DNA of 64,000 nt from Stegostoma tigrinum. Lineage: Eukaryota. The stretch spans positions 23,317,410-23,381,409 of the forward strand of contig NC_081366.1 of the NCBI RefSeq assembly GCF_030684315.1, written 5' to 3'. Made by a program: the position numbers and the translations under genes. The notes under the pieces are model-generated. The model searched no databases. It was given only the letters and a program-made list of their open reading frames with translations, and was not told where the DNA came from. Of this stretch, positions 51,091-63,127 are shown piece by piece (within the stretch, counting starts at the first letter, position 1; each line of letters opens with the position of its first letter).

Positions 51091-53337
51091 AACATATCCC
51101 ACAATTTAATTTAAAATCCTTTCTACTCCCCTTGTTAGACAGCTCACTAGAACACTGGTGCCAGCAAGTTTAAGCTACTTTCCTTCTTTAACTAATTTCT
51201 CCCCAGTACAGAACTTGTTCATCTCTGCTTAGTTCTTAACTTAAGCAAGCAGCACTATGCTTCTTCACTGTTAAACATGCTATCAAAAATATTCCAATAC
51301 AAAGAGATCATTGATTAGTCCCATGGGTCATTCACAACCCAGGTCATACAGAAAAACCCAATCACTGTCACTTTTGACGTGATAGTGACAATGAAATATA
51401 TATTCTGACGCAGGGAACAACTGAAAAAGATGGTACCTTTGTGTCCCAACCGCTCTAAAAACCAGTTGATGGTCTAGACAAACCGGACGTGAGGGTAAAT
51501 GAAGGCAGAAGCAAAGCGAAATGCTACTCATCACACGGCATCATACACATTTAAGGATAGATGTAGCAAAACCCACCCTCACAATTGCACACAGCAAAAA
51601 GTAATAATTGATGTTCCAGCAACTTATTTAGTATCAATAATTTATTAAAACTGCCAGATATCATTGATTTTGGGATCCATCAACAATTTCCCTGTATTCC
51701 TTTAATTTGTTGCATGATGAATGAATAGACAGATGTGACATTGATATGGTTATCTGTATCATTTAGTATCTTATGTGCGGTTAAGGAAATGGATTGCGGA
51801 AAATATAACTACACTCTGCTGAACAACTTTGGCTTGAAAATTAACCTTAGGTATATGATCTTTGATGTTATTTTTGTAATACCCTTAGGATGAATATCAA
51901 AGTGAGAATGGCCATTTGACCCATCTAACCTCATCCATCCCCAGAAAGCATAGTTACTCTCATTGCAACATCTGTTTGTTAAATCATTCCAAGATTATTG
52001 TCTCTATTGCCTGATACAGAGGTGCATTGATCAATCATTTTGGGAATGAGTGTTTCCTGATATTCAACTTAATATGGCCTTTTACTAGATAGTTCTTGGG
52101 CTTGTAGTTCTATTATTGGGTTCAGTTTGAAGTGTAGGGATCATGGATGTATAAATCCTGCTAATATTGGTACTGGAGAGCAAGGGGAAATCTGGAAAAC
52201 AAATGAGTTAACAAGATGGGCCCCGAGCACTTAACTGTGGCAGGCAAGGCCAGGTGACCTCTTGATAATTCTAATGTAAGGAACATGGAGCTCAGAGTGA
52301 TTTGGCAATGGCAGGCCTGCTTATCCAATCTTTGTCTGTTAAACGGCCATAAGACACAATCCTAGGTGGAATTACGGAGAGGAATCCAACATTTAAGGCT
52401 CTATTATTACTGTCTCTGCCTGGCATAAACCAGACATGGACCCAGTTAAAGTAAGTTGAGAAAATCGATCACTCCTTTCCAAACCCAAACTGCTATTTGA
52501 AAATACAGGCAGCAGGGCCACTTAGTGCTAATCAGATAGCATCATCTTGACTTCTCTTGCCATTTTTTCTGGCATGACAGTGGAAGAGATATTGCACTAG
52601 TCCCAAGTTCCCTGATCTGTGTTAACAGAATAACTTTTAATGGTAGTTTACTCTACAGAGTGTTACATAGTTTGTACAACATGTCCACCCTTGTGTTTGT
52701 GTTCCATTTTACTTTAGCAAAACCCATCAACATATCCTTCTCTTCCTTTCTCTCTCATGTACTTAAGGATATCAAAATGCTAGATTACCTATGACCCAGG
52801 AAAACCAGTCAAAGTACAATGGAATGAACATATCTCCTGCCTCTATTCTGTCTCTAAATGATTGGACTCTTGGGGGAAGATCAGCCATGATACTTTGAAT
52901 AATGAAATAGTAGTGAGACAGCCCAATAGCCTACTCTTGCTTCTGTTCCTCATGTTAAAAGAAATCCTCACCTGATCTATAGCTATTGTGTGCTCAAGAA
53001 AGTTTGAGAATTTATCATGACTCACCAACAGCTTTATGATGTAGCTTGTAACTATTGAACACTCCCTCAAATTTATTTAACTCACAAATCTCCTGCTCTT
53101 TAATACAGGATGAATAGTCTCAGTAGTTTGAGAAAGATTTGAACCCACATCAGAGATTTGAAACAATATTAGTTCACAAGCAGTCTCTTCCTTTCCAAAT
53201 AATATACATTAAAATGACAGAACTACAGTAAGATTAACTGGATAGTTCTGGTCTTACTTAATGCCAGGCATTTGGCAGTGTTAAGACAGTCCTTTGGAAA
53301 TGTCATCCGTGCTTTGTGTTCCTATTTTTTTGATTAG

Positions 53338-53470
53338 AAACAAGCAAGATAATCAACTCTCATTTTCAATAAAAACAAATCTCCAATCTGAAATATCAAT
53401 GAAAATCAATCAAAAACAAGAAAGCACCAAGAGTGAAATGGAGTGTGAAAGTGATGTGACAGAGAAGAAG
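53338..53470 (+). CDS. shroom1: shroom1-like coding exon 5 (133 nt)
   Basis: Within ORF 53294-53539; acceptor ttttttgattag, donor AAG|GTGAGT; phase 2 to 0; ends ..ESDVTEKK, directly before the ASD2 core as in other Shrooms. Confidence 0.85.
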
Positions 53471-55498
53471 GTGAGTGATGCTTATGCAATCCCAGTACAA
53501 CGCCGTTCTTATGAAGCCAAGAGGGGAGCTATCAGCTGACACTGAGCATTTTATATGCAGCAGCTTACCCATTTCTACATAGTATTCTGGTAATTTACAC
53601 ACTAATACCATCTCCAGTACAGCATACTAATCTTGTATTAACCAGGTCTGTTCTTAAGGAAAATTTTCACAATGTCCTAATGCCATTTCAGTAGGTATCA
53701 TATGTAGATGAGTAATTCTGACTTGGAGATACCCTATGACATTCAAATGCATATAATACTATGTTACTGCTTCTTCCAACAAAACAATATAAACAATGAG
53801 AGATGATTTGTTCTGCATAGCTGTAACATAAATGTGAAGATCAGTTAGCAAAATTGGCTGGGAGGATGGCTTGTAATGCACAATGACACCAACAGCATGG
53901 GCTCAATTCCCATTCTGCTTGATGTTACCATGAAGGTCCCACCTTCTCAGCCTCACCCATTATACCATCAGGTTCAGCTCATGACCAGTTGCCTCTCTCT
54001 CTCTAGTCGATGAACAGTCCTCTGGGACTATAGTGACTGAATCTTTTCCTATCATAAGTACATTCTTTATAAGTTAGTTTTTAATTTTGTTGCACACAGA
54101 GAACATCTTCACATTGCTAATGGGCTGAGGATTTCAAATATTTCATACTATAATAATTGAACAGACTTTGTCTACTCTTCAAAAGCATTAAAGCTTTCTC
54201 CATGAATTCATGACTGCATATTACAGGTTAAAGCCCTTGAAAAAACAGAAGTGAAACCTATTTTGAACTAAGTAGTAATTTCAAAATGGCCCTACTGAAT
54301 TCGAGCTTTCTACATGTGTGATTTCTACCCCATCCTCTTCTCTCATCACCAAACCTGAGATCTGCTGGAAATGGATATCCAAATCTAAGAAAACCGTACT
54401 ATTTTTGCCAGTCTTCAGAGGTAGCCTGACTCTGCAATTCCTCAGACATTAATATACTTCTGTTGACTGGTCAATTCTTAATTCCTGAATTTTCAAAGTT
54501 TAACTCTTGAAGGGTACCCCTTCAACAAATTACAGAACACCAAGCTCACTGCTTCCCTGCAGTTTTTTTTAACCACAAGAAGCAAGTAGAAATTTTCAAA
54601 CAATGAGTTAAGCAATAAACTGCAATTTTGGGCAGTATACATTAGAAAATGCTCCAAAAAGCTCTTGCACATTGATGAACATTGCCGCATTTAGTGATGC
54701 TTTTTCTTATAAAAGAATAGTGCACCTACTCACTATATAAACAAAATACTCTCAGTTCCAGTTTGGACAGTTTCTGTCAGTTACTCATTGTAGACAGGTT
54801 ACACAGAGATTTGTTTCTCCATTGCTTTCTGATTGTATCATGTGGCTGGCAGGCCAGCAAAAAACAAACTAAATAGACCCTTTTCTTTCGGTTTAGCATT
54901 TTGTATGTTCCCATTCATTTGTAAACAAGTAGGGACAGGCAATACATGCTGGACAGCTAGCGATACTATGAGTGAACATAAAAAGTAAATACTTGGACAT
55001 TCAGCAGAATGGGTGCACTCCTAAAAATGTGCTGGAAACTTCAAGAGAAGATACCCCTTCAACAAAATTATAAATTTCAAACCTATTAAATAGATTCATG
55101 TCTATGTTGCCCATACGCACAGAGCTCTTCACCCAACATTGTTGCCTCTTCCTGAGATGTGTACTAAAACAGCATAACAAGAACACATTCCAGTCCTGCC
55201 TACCTACCTGACAGTGTAGAAGACACTGGCAATATATTTGTGGCTGAGTTCTTGCTATGTTTCTAATGCATTCCCGTCCACTGCTGCTTCAACTGCTGGG
55301 TCAGACAGACGCGATGGTTAAAATTTTCCAGACCTCAAGTCACAGGAACCAGACAGTCTGTCATTTGCCTTAGCCCCCACTTGTGGATCATATTCCCGTA
55401 TTAAAACCAGGCTTGCCAACTCTCAAACAGATAAAAAAAAATGCTAATAGATTTGAAATGAATGTGTGTGTTAAAAGCTGCTTTGCTTTTATTTCCAG

Positions 55499-55771
55499 AA
55501 GGAGTTAATTAACACCATTAAATGTAAACTTCAAAAACTTCAGGAAGCTAAATCTGGTTTAAATGAGGATATCAAAAGAAATAGCACATTAGGTGATGAC
55601 ATCCAGGTCTGGGTGAATGAAGTCTGCACGCCTAATGAAGTCCAGAAATACAAGACCTTCATTGAGGATCTGGACAAGGTGATGAACTTGCTGCTGTGTC
55701 TATCTAGCCGTCTGGTGCGAGTGGAAAGTGCCCTGAGTAAAGTCAATGAGGCCACTGACGTGGAAGAGAAG
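55499..55771 (+). CDS. shroom1: shroom1-like coding exon 6, ASD2 (ROCK-binding) core
   Basis: Reads KELINTIKCKLQKLQEAK...VCTPNEVQKYKTFIEDLDKVMNLLLCLSSRLVRVESAL; acceptor ttttatttccag, donor AAG|GTTTGT; 273 nt, phase 0 to 0. Confidence 0.92.
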
Positions 55772-56532
55772 GTTTGTTACGATTATCAAGTTGTATTCAA
55801 TTTGACATTTAACTTGAGCTACTGCTAAATACCGTGAAACCAAAATATTCTAATTGTTATTACCAGAATATTTAAAATTTCCCAATGATTTAGGCAATTG
55901 ATTCATGTGGATTTCCATGTCCCCTTCTTGTGCTAATTAAAGTATAGTGATCGAGGAAGGCTTAATTAGGACATGAACAAAATACTGTACAAAGATAGGA
56001 AAAACAGCTGGTACATGTTGATAGTGTTAAAATAGTGACAGATACAGCTGAAAAAAACTCGTGTGCTTAGAAAATTCAATACTAAATATATCCCAAGAAT
56101 TTAAAGCAGAAATTAACAAAACAACGTTAACTGTTCAGCTGAATCAGTGGTATACAAGTTAACAGAAGTCATGATTAAACTATGCAGTGCTTCAAATGAA
56201 ATACCATCTTGAATACTGTTACTGAAAAACAAGACAGATAGTCAGGTCCTAGTGGCAGTTCAGAGTTAGGTATGAGACTGGTCCTTATTTTCAAACATTT
56301 GAACTATTTGAAAAGATTGGGGCACTTCAGGTTTTTAATCTAGAAACCACGCATTTGTCATATGCTGTTGTAGATATATACATAAATTGGGAAAGAGAGT
56401 AGGAACAAGCTGAAATACACCCCATGCATTGGGATGCCAATACCAGGACCAAAGAGAATTCTTGAGCATGCACTTGCCAGCAGTAAGAGAGAGCTGGTGA
56501 TTTTCAATTTACAACGAGTCAACCGTCCAGTT

Positions 56533-57081
56533 AATAGAACATATAGAACATAGAACATTACAGCGCAGTACAGGCCCTTCGGCACTCGATGTTACGCCAA
56601 CCTGTGATACCAATCTGAAGCCCATCTAACCTACATTATTCCATTATCATCCATTTGTTTATCCAATGACTATTTAAATGCCCTTAAAGTTGGCGAGTCT
56701 ACTACTGCTGCAAGCAGGGCATTCCATGCCCTTACTACTCTCTGAATAATGAACCTACCTCTGACATCTGTCCTATATCTATCACCCCTCAACTTAAAAC
56801 CATGTCCCCTTGTGCTTACCATCACCATCCTAGGAAAAAAGCTCTCACTGTCCACCCTATCTAATCCTCTGATCATGTTATATGTTTCTATTAAGACACC
56901 TCTTAACCTTCTTCTCTCTAATGAAAACAGCCTCAAGTCCCTCAGCCTTTCCTCATAAGACCTTCCCTCCATTCCAGGCAACATCTTGGTAAATCTCCTC
57001 TGCACCCTTTCCAATTCTTCCACATCCTTCCGATAATGCGGTGACCAGAACTGTACGCAATACTCCAAGTGTAGCCGCACC
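56533..57081 (-). mobile_element. Young CR1 LINE 3' fragment
   Basis: Open frame VRLHLEYCVQFWSPHYRKDVEELERVQRRFTKMLPG..RRRLRGVLIETY; (ATAGAAC)n tail at 56533-56556. Confidence 0.9.
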
Positions 57082-57795
57082 GTTAAGGATGATGGACAAG
57101 CCCCTGATGCTGCTCTCCGATTAGACCATTGGTAGCTGTGAAGCTTCAGCAACCCTACCCCAGCAGAGACAGGTTGGAGACAATAAGGACACTTCAAATA
57201 ATACATTTAGGAAGACTGAGGTTAAAAGGCCTTTTCGGGTGGACTCAATGGAGCAGAAGGGAGAGCCTTTCCTGCAGCAGCCCTTCAGAGGATGGAGACT
57301 GTGGCTCCACTAGACCCCACGCTGCTGCAGTGAGGTCACCTCCCTGAAGTTGCCGTCCTTTCCCACAGGGCAGGGTGTTGTCGAAATGTTGCGGACCCAT
57401 TGTAATGGCTCGTAATTAGAGTCTCAACTATAAAAATAGAGTGAGGCCTACAAGCAGCAGACAAATAACCTGCGCCCAGATTCACCACAGGATACATTTA
57501 CCTGTGATGGGAGTTGTCCCAATATGGTTCCACAGAATTTCATTGCTCTCTCACTCTTCTATTCTAACAGCTGGGGCTGGTAAAATTCAGACCAAAAAAT
57601 TGAGAATAATCAGAATAGTATAAGTTCCACACTGAGAACAGTGGTAAGTGTTCAACCTAGTAATATATCAGTTTAGGATTAATATCAGGACTTTCTTCAT
57701 GAAGAATTGTTAATATATGGAATAGACATCCAGATAGATGAGTGGAAACAAAAATCTTAGATATGTTAAAGAAGCAATTGGAAGCTACAATGGGA

Positions 57796-57954
57796 GAGAG
57801 AGAGAGAGATAATGGGAACTGCAGATGCTGGAGAATCCAAGATAATAAAATGTGAGGCTGGATGGACACAGCAGGCCAAGCAGCATCTCAGGAGCACAAA
57901 AGCTGACGTTTCGGGCCTAGACCCTTCATCTGATGAAGGGTCTAGGCCCGAAAC
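57796..57954 (-). mobile_element. Penelope family A terminus ending in a perfect hairpin, with (AG)n tail
   Basis: Duplication ggaagctacaatggga at 57780-57795 and 57955-57970; 24-bp inverted arms 57907-57930 / 57932-57955. Confidence 0.85.
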
Positions 57955-58281
57955 GGAAGCTACAATGGGATGGCTTTGCAACTGTCTGGATGGGTGAATT
58001 AATATGGTCTAAAAAGCTTTCCTCATCTATAATTATCTTGTGTTTTTGTGAGTAGTGGTGAATAGATATTGCAGGAAAAGATGGGTTTCACAGGTGATTG
58101 ATTACCTGTGTAGTCCATTGCTTTGCCTTAACTGCAAAATTTGAGGAAGGTGTAGATTCAGAGGTTTTACAAGAATCTGCATTTATCATGGCTAAAATCT
58201 TTAATCTTAATTTGGTCTCTACTGAACTGAGTTTGACAAATCATTTACAACAAGAGCTACTTTCACACTGAGTTTTATAAC

Positions 58282-58645
58282 TGCATAGTGGCTCAGTGGT
58301 TAGCATTGCTGCCTCACAGTGCCAGGGATCTGGGTTCATTTCCACACTTGGGTGCCTGTCTGTGTGGAGTTTGCACATTCTTTCGGTTTCCTTTGAGTGC
58401 TCCGGTTTTCTCCCACAATCAATGTACAGGACAGGTGGATTTGACATGCCAAATAGTATTAATATAAATAGTATTTACCCATAGTATCCAGGAGTGTGCA
58501 GACTAGGTGGATTAGGCATGGGAAAAAGTAGGGCTACAGGGATAGGGTAGGAGGAAATGGGTCTGGGTGGGATATTTTTCAGAGAGTCAGTGTGAACCCC
58601 AAAGTACCAAATGGCCTGCTTCAACACTATGAGGATTCCATGATT
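58282..58645 (+). mobile_element. tRNA-derived V-SINE (HE1-like)
   Basis: A box tggctcagtgg, B-box-like gggttcatttcc, V domain tgtgtggagtttgcacattct..tgctccggttttctcccaca, CR1-like tail. Confidence 0.8.
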
Positions 58646-59621
58646 TTATAAATCTGTTGTGCAGACATTTATACATTTTCAATTATTTGAAGAACAAAAA
58701 AGAATAATCCTTTGGTAGTAGACCATTTGAGATTGACTGAAAAATATCACAGATTATTGCAGCTTTTTGCAGGTCAATTTGCAAGAAATACTAAAACTAA
58801 AGGGAAAACAATATTTTCACTTCATAGGAGAAAAATGCTGATCGCATCTCAGAGGAATCACATTTAATGTTGGACAATCTTTTGCAAGATGTGCAAGTGC
58901 ATGCTGGTTGACTCTGCCATAACATTTATCTATATCATTTTTCTAAGTTATTTGGAGTGTGCAATAATTACATTGTTGACTAATTTAGGGCTATTGTCCA
59001 GGTTCGCAGTGTGGTGTACTTGTGTATAATGGAGGATATTTATATTTTTTCTATAATTTTTCATGGGATGGGGATATGGTTCAATGTCAGTATGCTACCA
59101 TCTCTCCCATCAATACGTAGAGTCCTATCTTTCCAAATGGAAAGAACAAGTACACACCCTGTATATATTTCAGCTCTAGAAAATAGGTGGTAGACATCAT
59201 CTGGCTCATTTCTCATGGTAATCTGTTAGCCAATCAGAATCAAGCTGTATCATTTATAATTTAAACAAATTCTGTCTGTTAACTGGTCCATTTTCAGTGA
59301 CAAAAGCTTTAGCAATCAGAGTCCACTTGACAACCAATCAGAACTCTCCTTGCAAACACCATCAATGCTGTTTACCTTTACTTTGGTAATTAATGTGAAT
59401 TGTCCTGTTGAGTGTGAGATAAAAAGTTGAGACCAAATATGCCTTTTTTCAGCAATAAACAAAGGAAAATCAGAAGGAAGAACTTTACTTAATTTTTCAA
59501 GATTACTATTGTTGATATACTGTTACTCTGTTGCTGCACATACCTAAATTAGGAATGGTGTAAGGTTAAATATTTTGGTGTCCCAAATAATACAAGTGTG
59601 CAGCAGATTGGTAGAACCTAT

Positions 59622-60738
59622 GATAATGGGAACTGCAGATGCTGGAGAATCCAAGATAACGAAATGTGAGGCTGGACGAACACAGCAGGCCCAGTAGCAT
59701 CTCAGGAGCACAAAAGCTGACGTTTCGGGCCTAGACCCTTCATCAGAGAGGGGGATAGGGTGAGGGTTCTGGAATAAATGGAGGGGGGGGCGGACCGAAG
59801 ATGGAGAGAAAAGAAGATAGGTGGAGAGGAGAGTATAGGTGGGGAGGTGGGGAGGGGATAGGTCAGTCCAGGGAAGATGGACAGGTCAAGGAGGTGGGAT
59901 GAGGTTAGTAGGTAGGAGATGGAGGTGCGGCTTGGGGTGGGAGGAAGGGATGGGTGGGAGGAAGAACAGGTTAGGGAGGCAGAGACAGGTTGCACTGGTT
60001 TTGGGATGCAGTGGGTGGAGGAGAAGAGCTGGGCTGGTTGTGTGGTGCAGTGAGGCTTGGGGACGCTTTGCAGAACACCTCCGCTCAGTTCGCAATAAAC
60101 AACTGCACCTCCCAGCCACAAACCATTTCCACTCCCCCTCCCATCTCTAGATGACATGTCCATCATGGGCCTCCTGCAGTGCCACAATGATGCCACCCGA
60201 AGGTTGCAGGAACAGCAACTCATATTCCGCTTGGGAACCCTGCAGCCCAATGGTATCAATGTGGACTTCACCAGCTTCAAAATCTCCCCTTCCCCCACCG
60301 CATCCCAAAACCAGCCCAGTTCGTCCCCTCCCCCCACTGCACCACACAACCAGCCCAGCTCTTCTCTCCCACCCACTGCATCCCAAAACCAGTCCAACCT
60401 GTCTCTGCCTCCATAACCTGTTCTTCCTCTCACCCATCCCTTCCTCCCACTCTAAGCCGCACCTCCATCTCCCACCTACTAACCTCATCCCACCTCCTTG
60501 ACCTGTCCGTCTTCCCTGGACTGACCTATCCCCTCCCCACCTCCCCACCTATACTCTCCTCTCCACCTATCTTCTTTTCTTTCCATCTTCGGTCCACCTC
60601 CCCCTCTCTCCCTATTTATTCCAGAACCCTCACCCCATCCCCCTCTCTGATGAAGGGTCTAGGCCCGAAACGTCAGCTTTTGTGCTCCTGAGATGCTGCT
60701 GGGCCTGCTGTGTTGGTCCAGCCTCACATTTCGTTATC
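59622..60738. mobile_element. Penelope family A insertion with long inverted arms and GIY-YIG endonuclease C-terminal remnant
   Basis: About 59660-60050 is the reverse complement of about 60335-60738. The centre encodes RFAEHLRSVRNK..NHFHSPSH / MSIMGLLQCHNDATRRLQEQQLIFRLGTLQPNGIN. Hammerheads at 59719-59746 (-) and 60647-60674 (+). Duplication ttggtagaacctat at 59608-59621 and 60739-60752. Confidence 0.88.
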
Positions 60739-62872
60739 TTGGTAGAACCTATACTGATATTAAAAGTTTACTTTTTGAGAAAACATATTTCTACAGTGTT
60801 TTTATTTGTTTTAATGTATAAAATATCCCAAAGTGTTATAACATAATATTTTGACATTAAGACATACAGCCCAGATGACCAAAAATCTAATCAAACAAAT
60901 AGTTGTGTATTAAGGGGGAAATGAGTTAGGAATGTAGAGAAGTGAAGTAAAGGAATTCCAGAGCTTAGGACATAGGCAGCTGCTGACATAGACATCAAGG
61001 TCAGAATGGTTTAAATCAGGGATACTCAAGAGGCCAGAATTGATGAATGCAGATATCTTGGAGGATTGTGGTGTTGGAAGAGATTACAGAAGAGAGGAGC
61101 AATTACAGGGAGGGCAGTGGCCATGGATGTTGCCGGACATTGTGATCAACTAGGTCAAGAAATACAAGGAGGGATAGTTTACAATTACTGCAGCAACACC
61201 GATGGCATTCGTGATTATGATAAGAATCATTTCAGTACTGTAATGTAAAAGATTAAAATAACATGTTCCAGTATGGTTAAGGAAAAGATCAAGTCAAATG
61301 GCAAAAGGTGCACCAACTGGATAAATTGATCTTGGCTGCAACCATGGCAAGGACATGAAGAAACGCAGTTGTTGAATTTCTAGGAAATCATTAAGACGTG
61401 ACAATGGTGTTCACCCAAACCAAAAGCATTTCCAACTCAAATTCCTAAATTCTGTTTAAAAATGAATATAACAGAGAAGCAACGTGAATATCTTTTGGTA
61501 GTTTGAAATGGTTTATCATTTATTCTCTAAAAGACTGCCCTAATACTTCTGAAATATTTTGAGAAGAATTGAATGTGATATTTAAGCCGAATCAGCACCA
61601 GCTGCTATTTTATCATCAGGCTCAATTGAACCTGTTGATTCCCCTAATCTATTGAACAGTACCGTGATGAATCTTAGTGAAGAAAAGAGGTCAAAATGTT
61701 GCAGCAACTACTTAGGGAAGGGATTAACATTCCTGGGCAATAATGAACAAAAAGGTCACCTTAAAAGTATCACATTCTTAGACTTCTTAGAGCCCATGAG
61801 CTGATTTTATTCATGCTTTTCAGAGCTTACTGCCTAATTTGAAAATGCTGGCTGAGTACATCTGAGTCTTTAACATTTTTTCATACATTTATACAAATGA
61901 TCACTGGTAAATGTGATGACAAGAGTAAATGAGAGGTAAAATAAACCAGAACCAAACTTAAATATGATCATTACCCTCTGACCTTTTTCACATTGGCCAG
62001 CATCTCCGAAAGATTAGGAGCTTAGTTGAGAGATTATGGAAGCTTATAACTATACTGTGTAACAAAGAAACTGTATAACACACTTGAAGATTTCAAATAC
62101 ACATCACTGACCTTGGTGGGTAAAATTACAACAAGTCCAATATTAGCAAATATTTAATCTTTAAAACAGTATTATAAGTGCTTTGGAGCTATCTGTTTTA
62201 TGAGGTAAAACATTGAAATAAGATAAACCTGTTAAGGTCGATATAAAAGGTGCCTTAGCAAATCTTTTGAAAAATTAAGTAAAAGCTTGTGCATTCAAAC
62301 CTGAGAAGTGCCCTCCACTCTTTAACCACACAGAGTGCCTCCTTAATACTAACTAAATCTGCGATGCTCCTTCTCAATACTGCCAAGGCTTTTGTCATCA
62401 TTGCACAATGGGAAAATCATGTTATTTTATTGAATGTTACCAAACTTTTAATGTTGTTACTTTGTAATATTTGATCTACAATTTCCAGACTTCAGAAAAG
62501 TTTGTCGTAGTCTGAAGCCCATATTACAACCGTCTGATCCACTAAACCATGGGACCCTTACACAGTGCTACTAAATTTATGAAACCACCATCATTTTCTA
62601 AAATACTGGTGAACTAGTGACTGTGTAAAACAATGAGATGCTTGGCAAACACTCAGAACTAATGCAGCACTGAGGAAGTACAACATTGTCAGCAATACAC
62701 CTATTAGATGAGATGTTCGACTTTAAGCCAATTTCTCTTTAAACATGGAATCACATGTTTTCTTTCATGTGCTGTAATGTTCCAATGCATATAACACAGC
62801 ACATTGTCTGACTTACTGCAGGCAAAACCTGCAAATGGCTTTCTAGTTAAGTACATGTTCTATTTTTTTCAG

Positions 62873-63127
62873 CAATCATTGAATGAAAGGCACCGGACAC
62901 TCTCTCGCCAGCGTGAAGATGCCAGAGGACTGAAGGAACATCAAGACCACCGGGAACGAGTGATCTTCAGTATCCTAACAAACTACCTCACCAAGGAACA
63001 GCTTCTGCACTGTGAACATTTTATCCAAATGAGAAAAGCTTTCCTAATCAAACAAAAAGAACTTGAAGAAGATTGCAAATTAACTGAGGAGCAACTTGAA
63101 TTTTTTGAAAACACCCTTCAGATATGA
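62873..63127 (+). CDS. shroom1: shroom1-like last coding exon, ASD2 C-terminus and stop
   Basis: QSLNERHRTLSRQREDARGLKEHQDHRERVI...QKELEEDCKLTEEQL*; acceptor tatttttttcag; TGA at 63125-63127. LKEH resembles SHROOM1 rather than the LKEN of SHROOM2/3 (recalled sequences). Confidence 0.92.
   Translation, partial: QSLNERHRTLSRQREDARGLKEHQDHRERVIFSILTNYLTKEQLLHCEHFIQMRKAFLIKQKELEEDCKLTEEQLEFFENTLQI

Noticed and set aside
58282-58360. tRNA-like A/B boxes (also at 461-520 and 53860-53915)
   Set aside because: No complete cloverleaf; they continue into SINE bodies.
59702-60548. Several long overlapping ORFs (243 aa, 133 aa, 116 aa)
   Set aside because: Alternative-frame or antisense readings of the low-complexity Penelope UTR; only the GIY-YIG remnant is meaningful.
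1451-60740. Recurrent ~30-bp hairpin motif as a CRISPR repeat
   Set aside because: Copies are dispersed in both orientations with no spacer periodicity or cas genes, in a vertebrate context.
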